Part shown: piece by piece, positions 52,730 through 64,000 of the stretch | Numbering within the stretch: the stretch's first letter is position 1 | How the letters are laid out: each line of letters starts with the position of its first letter | Source of the DNA: Octopus vulgaris | Lineage: Eukaryota | Reading direction: 5' to 3' | Assembly: GCA_951406725.2 (NCBI GenBank) | Contig: OX597832.1 | Location: 54,746,001 to 54,810,000 of the forward strand | Length of the DNA stretch: 64,000 nt | The notes under the pieces: generated by a model | Databases searched by the model: none | The model's input: the letters and a program-made list of their open reading frames with translations, nothing else | What the model was told of the DNA's origin: nothing | Program-made: the position numbers and the translations under genes

Positions 52730-53380
52730 CCAGGCTGTGTGGTAAGTAACTTGCTAACCAAGCATATGGTTCCGGGTTCAATCCCACTGCGTGGCACCTT
52801 GAGCAAGTGTCTTCTACTCTAGCCTCGGACCGACCAAAGCCTTGTGAGTGGATTTGTTAGACGGAAACTGAAAGAAGCCCGTCGTATATATCTATGTATA
52901 TATATATATATATGTGTGTGTGTATGTGTGTGTGTGTTTGTTTGTGTGTCTGTGTTTGTCCTCCGCCCCAACATCGCTTGACAAACGATGCTGGTATGTT
53001 TACGTCCCCGCAACTTAGCGGTTCGGCAAAAAGACACCGATAGAATAAGTACTAGGCTTACAAAGAATAAGTCCTGGGGTCGATTTGCACGACTGAAGGC
53101 AGTGCTCCAGCATGGCCGCAGTCAAATGACTGAAACAAGTATAAGATAAAAGGCGGCGAGCTGGCAGAATCGTTAGCACGCCGGGTAAAATGCTTAGCAG
53201 TATTTCGTCTGCCGCTACGTTCTGAGTTCAAATTCCGCCGAGGTCGACTTTGCTTTTCATCCTTTCAGGGTCGATTAAATAAGTACCAGTTACGCACTTA
53301 GGTCGATATAATCGAATTAATCCGTTTGTCTGTCCTTGTTTGTCCCCTCTGTGTGTAGCCCCTTGAGGGCAGTAAAAAAT
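52730..53380 (+). mobile_element. SINE family B immediately followed by a SINE family A monomer
   Basis: B at 52730-53150; A at 53152-53380. Confidence 0.92.
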
Positions 53381-53584
53381 ATGACACAAGTAAAAGATAA
53401 AAGAAAGAACCGTGTGCATTAGTGCATTTTGGCCAATATCATTAAAATTGTGTTTCCACCTCTGCAATTATCTAATTCTGAATGAGATAAAGGTGTGTAG
53501 CTTAGTGCTTAGAGTGTTGCACAGACGGTCGTTAGATCGCGGTTTCGATTCATGGACCCGGATCGTGCGTAGTGTTCCTGAGCC

Positions 53585-53730
53585 AGGAATACAGCAGAGT
53601 TTGCCACCACCCCCTGCCGTAGAGCTTTAGGTGTTTTCGCTCAATAAACATTCACAACACCTAGTCTGGAAATCGAAACCACGATCCTACGACCGCGAGT
53701 CCGCCGCCCTAACCACTGGGCCATTGCGCC
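53585..53730 (-). mobile_element. SINE family C 5' part
   Basis: Reverse complement of 12774-12925. Confidence 0.82.
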
Positions 53731-53979
53731 TAATTAGTCTCAGCTATCTCACTTCCGTTTTCGAATCATCTTAGTGCGGCCGCTCTCTTTCATCCTGTCG
53801 GCGTCTCTAGGATATCACTTCTAGTCTCCAGGGTATGGATGGAAGTGATAGCCTAGAGTGGTTTCACTTAACTTACTTTCTCGATAATAAATGCGTGGCA
53901 TTATTTATTTATTATTTCTTTTTTGTGGAAATTTCTTGTGGTAATTTGTGAACAATAGCATCGGTAAATCGGCGAACGC

Positions 53980-54042
<63 letters not shown>

Positions 54043-54060
54043 GCACACACACAGACACAC

Positions 54061-54128
<68 letters not shown>

Positions 54129-54457
54129 AAATATTAGGGAATAAATCCAAACTTACAGGGAAAAATCAGATTTAGGATTGAATCCAATTTTATAGTAAAA
54201 TATTATATTATATTAAATTAGAGATAAAACCACTATTAGGCAAATCATACAATGAAAAACTTAAGCCAATACATAAGATTAATTAATTTATATTATTTTA
54301 AATATATATCAAAATTATTAAAAAAAGATAATTAGTATATATATATATATATCACCGTGATCACCGTAACCGACCAGGCTATCAGATCTTGTTATACATC
54401 GCTGGTCACAATGCGCTTCGCATTGTTTTAGCCTTCAAATGACGCCACCCCGCTGGC

Positions 54458-54513
<56 letters not shown>

Positions 54514-54514
<1 letters not shown>

Positions 54515-54700
54515 TTTATTAAAAAGCAGCCAAAATATCACAAAAACTGTTAGTCAGAGTTTCATGTTCCTGTTCATCGGACAGTTTTTCTGATATTTTG
54601 TGATATTTTTGCTGCTTTTTAATAAAGCATATTACTCTACCACTGGTATTCAAGTACTATTTTTTCCACCTTGTTTCGCATTTATGTTCTTACTCTGGTG
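54514..54700 (-). mobile_element. Small inverted-repeat element with a hammerhead motif, probable Penelope-like pLTR remnant
   Basis: 32-bp inverted repeats at 54514-54545 and 54596-54627; minus strand AAAAACUGU CCGAUGA ACAGGAACAU GAAACUCUGACUA ACAGUUUUU. Confidence 0.65.
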
Positions 54701-55021
54701 TATATGTATATATATATATGTATATAATAGAAATATGTTACAAAAAGAAAATAGAAACTACACGTGGAAACTTCAGGGGGAAAATGCACATTAGAAATCA
54801 AAAAAATTAAAGGCCTTTTATGAAAAGTAACGATAGATATATACAATTAGATGAACTGAGGTAGGAATAAAAGTCATAATTGTGAATTGTTAAAGAGATT
54901 CAAAAGCATACTGGTTTCGTGAATATACTAATCATTGCTCTGAATGCACACCAATTAATGTATGCATTAATATATATAATATAATATGTATATATGTATA
55001 TATATATATATATATATTATA

Positions 55022-55090
55022 TAAAATAATAATAATGATAATAATAATAATAATAATAATAATATTAATAATAATAATAATAATAATAAC

Positions 55091-55143
<53 letters not shown>
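55022..55143. repeat. (AAT)n microsatellite
   Basis: Direct reading. Confidence 0.96.
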
Positions 55144-55144
<1 letters not shown>

Positions 55145-55478
55145 CCCACACATATATAGTGTTTAACTATCGGGAAAAACTGTGTACTCCGTACCATAGT
55201 AGTGATTGATCATATATTTTATTTTGGTCGAGTCAGTTTGCAGCTACTATGAGTTTCATCAGTAGTTTCACAAGATCTTCAAGCGTGCACCAAGTGAAAT
55301 TCAGAGTAGCAAGAAAGTGACCAAAATTTTGTGTGTGCGTGCGTGTGAGTGTGGGGTGGGTGGGTGTGTAGAAATATTGTAATTGCAAAGCAAGTTTCTT
55401 AGTGTTACTGTCCCTCTGTATTGGTCTATATAGGTATTGGTATTAGTTGTTTCATTAATATTTTTAAAAAACCTTGAA

Positions 55479-55862
55479 GGCGGTGAGCTAGCAGAAGCGT
55501 CGGATTTACCTCTGCTTTGTCTTTCCTTACATTCTGAGTTCAAATTCCGCCGAGGTCGACTTTGTCTTTCATCCTTTTGGAGTCGATAAATTAAGTACCA
55601 CTTACGCACTGGGGTCGATGTAATCGACTTAATCCCTTTGTCCTTGTTTGTCCCCTCTACGTTTAGCCCCTTGTGGGCAATAAAGAAATAAGAAGCGTTA
55701 GCACATCGGGTTTACCTCTGATTTGTCCTTCCTTACGTTCTGGTTTCAAATTCGATTTTATCTTTTTGGGGTCGACAAAATAAGTACCAATTGAGTACAA
55801 GGGTCGATTTAATCCTCTTACGCCTCCCTCGAAACTGCTGGCCTTGTGCCAAAAATTGAAAC
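55479..55862 (+). mobile_element. SINE family A variant dimer
   Basis: Head ggcggtgagctagcagaagcg; two bodies with the two alternative tails. Confidence 0.82.
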
Positions 55863-57238
55863 AAATATTAAAAGAATCTTAAGTTTGTACCATCTAAACA
55901 ACTTTTCTTCCCTAATACGAAATACTTATTTGGTCGCATCAGACTTTTCTTTTTAACCACGTAGAAGCAGTTGTCATAATATGTCAAATGTAGGTTTCAG
56001 CTGTTCACTCGTCTCTTCTTGCAGCCACCATTTTATCTGTGTGGGGAAGAGAGGGAAGAGGAGTGAAACTAGGGTTAGCACTGAATGAAGGCAAGCGGCG
56101 ACTGATGTTGTCCTTTTAATCAGGTCATAGAAGAAAAAGTTTCCACTGCTCTGTGCGATTCTAATAATACTCGGTTCGGCTGTCAAAGCTATTTAACGTT
56201 TCACTTCCGCTAGTGACAATTGCAGGGCATTCAGCTGTTTTAATATGCCGTAGAGTTCGTTGGAAATAGGACACGGTAATATAACATATGGTTCTATTTG
56301 ATTATATCTTCGACAAGGCAAAATATTGACTGTGATACAGCTATCTTCGTATGACATGGTTTTCGATAAACGTTTTTACGCGTTCAGCCAATGAAACGTA
56401 ATGGCAGCCATGTTTCACGACATAAGAAGACATTACCGCTTTTCACTACTAAACGAAGGAAGATAATATATTATCCTCTTTTTCTTTCTTTATTTTATAC
56501 GCTCTACATAGAAGTTAAAAACACTATTCCAAACTACTCATGAAAGTTTAATTATATAAAAAATATAATAAACAAGAAAAGAACGATCCATTGAGAGGCG
56601 AATAGTTCTCTTCAATGTCTACTGCAGCAGTTTGTATTTGGTCGAAGAAGCAAGGCATAAAAAAAAAATCGTCGTTGTTTTTGTTGTTTTTCTGAGCAGT
56701 TGAAATGCTTCTTTACTCGTATGTCATTTTAAGAGAAAGGAAGTGGTGGCGGTGGTGATGGTGGCGGCGGCGGCGGTGGTGGTGGAGGTAGGGGTGAGGT
56801 GTCCATGTTAGTTGAAACCTGTCTAATTTAATCAATGAAGAATTAAATCAAAAAAGTAGCGGGTCAGATTATACGCGTACTCTTAGGAAATACAAGAAAC
56901 GGTTTATGTAGACAATATGACAGAATCGTTTGTTGTTGGTATAAATCATAGATTTATAACTTAGATGTTGACTGATAGCCCTTGCTCGATCGTCAACAGA
57001 TCTAACTAACATTACTGTTTTCATGGACAAATTTTTCTTTTTCATGAAATATTCTTTTACTTGTTTCACCTCGAGGGTTGTGGCCATCCTGGAGTACTGT
57101 CCATGAAGTTGCTATTGTTTCAAAAGTGTTAAACTTTTAGTGAATAAAGGAGTTTGTTGCCGCTGTCCTCGGTAGATGCGTTTGCTGCCGAGACGTCCGT
57201 TCGTCTGGAATCGTAGACAGTAGAGTGTCTACTTGTTT

Positions 57239-57478
57239 CTTAAATACACCTATAGCCAATGTACATAGATTTTCTACATTCTGTGGCAAGATACTAAAAT
57301 GCTGTGGACCTTTGAAACCTAGGCTGTAGCTGTATAGGGTCTTGATTTTAGATAAGGTGGATGGGGGCCCTCTGGGACTATACAGTGAGAACCTGTTCAG
57401 GGATTGGTATAGCTCTTAATACTTATGCTTGGCATGAGCCCTTGAAGGATCTTCAATGTATAAATTACTGAATATCTA
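57239..57478 (-). mobile_element. CR1-like LINE ORF2 C-terminal relic
   Basis: RYSVIYTLKILQGLMP...TGSHCIVP...SLGFKGPQHFSILPQNVENL...GVFK follows the CR1-group C-terminal pattern RY..IY.WKI..G..P / GP.LFN.LP. Confidence 0.7.
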
Positions 57479-57488
57479 ATAGAGGGGT

Positions 57489-57573
<85 letters not shown>

Positions 57574-57802
57574 ACACACACACATATATATATACAGCTT
57601 GCGACCAGTCAGAGTACACAAAGTTCGTAATGTGTATTCGAGTTGGCCTTTCAATTAGATCTTCCGTTTCAACATTAAGTTATTTCATTCCATACCAAAA
57701 GTTAATACCAGCGGCAATTTTCTGTTCAATAAAGTGGAACTAAATAAAATATGCGTAAGTTTGGTATAGAAGCAATTCTGTGAAGGAAACAGAGTATTAG
57801 TT

Positions 57803-58115
57803 GGCTCTCGCGTGTCCTCTAAGGCTGTCTCTTGCGTGTCTTCTAGGGCTGGCTCTCGCATGTGCTTTAGGGTCAGCTCTCACGTGTCCTTTAGGCTGTC
57901 TTTCGCATGTCCTCTAGGGCTGTCTCTCGCGTGTCCCTTAAGGCTGTTTCTCGCGTGTCCTCTATGGTTGTCTCTCACCTGTTCACTAGAGTCGGCTCAC
58001 ATGTGTCACTCGCGTGTCCCTTTAGGGTTGTCTCTCGCGTGTCTTTTAGGACTGTCTCTCGCAAGTCCTTTAGGGCTAGCTCTTACATGTCCTTTAGGCT
58101 GGCTCTGTGTCCTTT
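57803..58115. repeat. 24-bp minisatellite, about 12-13 degenerate copies
   Basis: Unit ggctgtctctcgcgtgtcctctag. Confidence 0.9.
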
Positions 58116-58477
58116 CTCATTGCGACGCCAAGAATTGTCCTTCGCGTGAATTATTATTTATAATAGAAAAATGTGGAGGAGCTGTGCTATGATGGGTCGA
58201 CAATTTATAGAATGACGAGTGAAAAAAGAAATGCTTGTCTTTGATATCGAGATAAAATTTCTTTTGTTTTTGTCTTATCCTGAACAGTCCAGTTCGTACC
58301 TCTCTATGGTGACGTACTACAAGTGGCCGTACAGTTCACTTTTGCATACCTACTACGTCTAGTGTGGCCTTTCTCTTTTTTAAGGCGATAGAATGTTATC
58401 TGGAAGATATTTGGCTGCTCAAACCTTTTTTATTTCTAACAATTTTGGCAGAGGTAGGTGAACTCTTAAGAATAATA

Positions 58478-58601
58478 TATTTCTTTATTGCCCACAAGAG
58501 GCTAAACATAGAGAGGACAAACAAGGACAGACAAAGGGATTAAGTCGATTACATCGACCCCAGTGCGAAACTGGTACTTTTATTTATCGACCCCGAAAGG
58601 A
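58478..58601 (-). mobile_element. SINE family A 3' part
   Basis: Match to the other family A copies. Confidence 0.88.
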
Positions 58602-60074
58602 TTATTCTTATAAGACTAATAAATAGCCTGACTTTGATAATGGCTAACAGAAAAAAAAAACTGTTTCTGTTTTGCTATTGTTTTTCTGTTATGAACATTT
58701 TGTGAAGAATTTGACAACAGATTTATTATAAGTTAACACTTTAATTGATTTGTTCAAGTGTTTAGTGGTTGTTGAAGTATTGTCATTCAAATTGCAGTTA
58801 GTTATCGTTAGTTTAAAATCAATCTGAAGCGGCTGCTTACTAAGATGAACGCAAATTGGCTCCGCTGTCATCGTCTTAGTTGCCTACAATTTATCGTTGT
58901 CGCTGCGGCAATAAATATGAATTGCCTGCTGTTAGGTGGCGAAAACGAATTTGAAGTGATTGTCTAGAGCAGCCTATTAAAACTGAGTTTGAATTGCGCA
59001 AATGAATCTAAGGAAATTCGGGCAAAGATTGCACTCCAGAGAGTGCATTATGTGTTACCGAACAGTGAAAGTTGTAATCGTTTGGTGGGACGGATATGAA
59101 TTTAATGGTCATTAACATCCAGTAAGACGTCAGTCAAGCGATTTATTAAAGCTAATAGCAAATAAATAGAGCCAAAATGCAACACAGTCGGGGAAAGATG
59201 ATATTCTTAATACAAGTTACTAACTACCTTGTTTAAGAAAAAATTAGAGTTTAGTTGGTCTGCAAAATGAATTTTTATTCGTTATTCAGAACGCAAAGTG
59301 GAGTCTCAAATAATCATACGTTCGTCCGTTTTGATATATTTTCTGAGCGACCGCGCAGAAGACATTATTTTCTGTTAGAACTGACAGCTATTTAGATGCT
59401 GCATTAATCTATGTATTATATCGCTATTAGGTGATGAAGATTACTAGAGATGCTTCTTCGGTGGGACCACAATAGATTAATCATTATCATTAAGAAATAT
59501 CCTTGACGTTTAAAATATACAGACGTCGTTCGGAAATCTGGAAGCTAGACTCACAGAGAAGAAAAGTGTATGAAGAGACAGAAGACTTCCAACGGAGTGT
59601 TTGTTGTCCGTTAAAGAAAGCGGCTTCACTGTCATCCGACAGTATATTTCTACGCCCATTCACACAAACATACATACACAGGCACTCACAAATTCAAACA
59701 GTGAGCAGCAATCTCTCTTACTCAATTTAGTAGCTTCTAAGGGAGTTGGTATGAAGTACATTGGACGGTGACACGCGGCGAGGCGACCTATACTATCAAA
59801 ACGAGTTAAACAACCATCATTGATAAAAATCTATTCTCTTTTCGCCATCTCACTTGTACCCTGCTCCTACCACCGCCATTTTTGCCTATTTATCTCCTCT
59901 CATCTCTCTCTTTTTTTTTCCTTTCTCTTTCACATAAACACATCAAGTCTCTGATTAAAGTGGCTGATGGACTGATTCAAGAAGTAGATATATTGGCAAA
60001 GCAACGTCAACAGATCATCGAAGCAAGTATAATCCTGTAATGAGGTCATTCACACCCTAAGCATAGCTGTCTTT

Positions 60075-61040
<966 letters not shown>

Positions 61041-61621
61041 AAATATATATAAATATATTCATGCGCACTTAAATATATGCTTCCATAGTTGCCGTTATAT
61101 ATACACTTTCAATCGTTTTGGCTTTTCAGAATTTCTGATGAAATCTTTATCATTTTCATCTGAAGATCCAACGCGAACCATACCCTGGTGTTTATTAAAA
61201 ACATTGTACTGGTAGCATATTTCCTTTAGTTAAACTAAACCCGCAAACGAAGCACCGATGTGTGTAATTATTAACTTATCCGCTTTACTTTTAATATTGG
61301 AATCCACTATTTCGTTGACATCTGGCGCCTTGCTTTAGACGCTATTAGTAAATAAATGCTAGCAAGGACACTGTGTTTCGTTATTCAACCATAGTATATA
61401 CTATCAAGAATATTGAAGGCTTATAAATCAATACTAACACAGGTAGGAGACTATTGACTTGTACTAATGTCAATACTGTTTTGTTTTTACCTAGATGCGC
61501 GCGCGTGTGCATGTGTGTACTTGTACGTCTGCACCCTGCTACACATGCACACATGTGCATGTATGTGCGCGTAACTTTTATATGTACACTCACACATGCA
61601 TGCGCACATGCACATGCACAC

Positions 61622-61663
<42 letters not shown>

Positions 61664-62084
61664 ATGTCCTGTACCCATATATGCATGTATATATACATAT
61701 ATTTATATATTACTTATATTATTATATGATCGAACGCCACGCATCCCTTTCCAAGTACGTTTTATCTTAATAATTACGATGCGCACCCTTATTCTATCTA
61801 TTTTCTGTCTATCTATCTCCCTCTCTTGTTCTTCTTCCTTTCTTTTTTCCTCTCCCACACTTTCCCTATTCTTCTCCTCTCCCCTTGACCATTCCCTCTT
61901 TCTCTTTCTCACTCTTCCTACATGACTCTCTCGTTGCTCACACGTGACCAACGGCCATCCATCTTTCTTCCACTTCCTTCCTAAAGACAAGACGTGCATT
62001 TATCTGTCTCCTCTCAAAGCTCGTTTTTCCAGCGTTCACCACTTCACATCGTCTTGGCTTAACAGTCCTTACCGTTTGTTTTTA

Positions 62085-62452
<368 letters not shown>

Positions 62453-62628
62453 ATATTCCCACACCAGAATAAAGATTGACAGTTTCTACAACTTCGTCCC
62501 ATCATGTGCACTTGCTATTAACCCCAGGTCAACTCTGGTCGAATAGACCGATGATTCAAACATTCCAACACGATTCATTTTTCAGACACAGTGTATCTGA
62601 GACGACATTGTATCTATGTATCGACAAG

Positions 62629-62990
62629 CAGCGAGCTGGCAGAGCTGTTAGCACACCGGACTAAATGCTAAACGGCGTTTCATCCGTCTTTATGTTCTGA
62701 GTTCGAAGTCGGCCGAGGTTGACTTTACCTTTCATCTTCTGTCAAATCGATAAATAAGCACCAGTGAAATGCTGGGAGTCGATGTAATCGACTTCCCCCT
62801 TCCCTGGCTCTGTGTCAAATTTTGAAAGCATTCTTTTGCGTATTTACGTTCTGGGTTCAAATGCCACCGAGGGCAACTTCGTTTTTCATCCTTTAAGGGT
62901 CAGTAAAATACGCACCATTTGAGAACTGGGGTCGATGTAATCGATTCCCCTCTTCTCTCAAAAAATTGCTGGCCTTGTGTCAAAATCAGA
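62629..62990 (+). mobile_element. Two diverged SINE family A units
   Basis: gcgagctggcagagctgttagcac... plus a second body from 62845. Confidence 0.8.
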
Positions 62991-63130
62991 AAATAATTAT
63001 TTGATGTAGCTATCGTTTTTTGAGATGATAGGGTATGATGGGAGCCGAGCAACAATACAGCGACTGCATCGTTGGCTCGGCCATAAGTACGGAATAGCAT
63101 GCATATAGTATGTTTGTATGTATATGTATG

Positions 63131-63217
<87 letters not shown>

Positions 63218-63424
63218 GTATGTATGTTTGTATGTATATGTGTGTGTGTATTTATATATATATATATATATGTATGTTTGTATGTATATGTGTGTATGTA
63301 TATGTGTGTATGTATTTATATATATATATATATGTATGTATGTTTGTATGTATATGTGTGTATGTGTATTTATATATATATATATATATATATGTATGTT
63401 TGTATGTATATGTGTGTGTATTTA

Positions 63425-63460
<36 letters not shown>

Positions 63461-64000
63461 TGTATGTATGTATATTTGTGTGTGTGTGCATCTTTGTGTA
63501 TGTGTTTGTTCCCCACCGCCACCGCTTGACAGCCGGTATTGGATTGCTCGAGTCCACGTAACTTAGCACTTTGACAAAGTAGAACCGATACAGTAAGATA
63601 CCAGTCATGAAAGCAAAAAAAAAAGAAAAAGAAATGTACAGGGCGATGGAGTGAGATGGGTGGGGGGCTTAATTTATGTTCAATTTAAACCCTTTCAACG
63701 CCGTGGCCGAGAATGACCGGACTCGAATGGCTAAGATAATCAAAAGGACTCTTTCCTTCAAATCGATAAGGAAATAATCACTTACAGATCGATATCTATG
63801 ATTAAGGAAAAAAATGTAGCTGTTCAATATATGCATTCATATTTTTAAAACCTGTTTCCTTGCAGATATACGAGGCCGCCATTAAAACCCAATAAATTGC
63901 GATTGATATTTATACGACTACACTTTCTTTTATTTTATTTTACTGCTTTTAGTTACGAGAATACGGCCATACTGGGGCACTGCCTTCAGTAGTATTAATC

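Overview
Eukaryotic, AT-rich, repeat-saturated animal DNA. The SINE families, microsatellite load and TE mix suggest an octopus/coleoid cephalopod (inference). Almost every entry in the ORF track is a translation of a microsatellite or SINE. The only credible protein-coding region is an intronless 760-aa ORF (3128-5410, minus) with a PAM2-like motif, a long acidic disordered middle and a Trp-rich helical C-terminal domain. The rest comprises four or more tRNA-derived SINE families (about 45 copies or fragments, including head-to-tail concatemers inside a single target-site duplication and one copy flanked by a 173-bp duplication), three mariner relics (two of them nested in other TEs), R4/Dong- and CR1-type LINE fragments, MITEs, a 5S rRNA pseudogene abutting a SINE tail, and a tRNA pseudogene. 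The window also holds several hammerhead-ribozyme-like motifs: minimal type I motifs inside small inverted-repeat elements, and a dispersed repeat family that keeps both hammerhead catalytic boxes in permuted order at a fixed 29-nt spacing. All calls were made by eye; no searches or folding were run.
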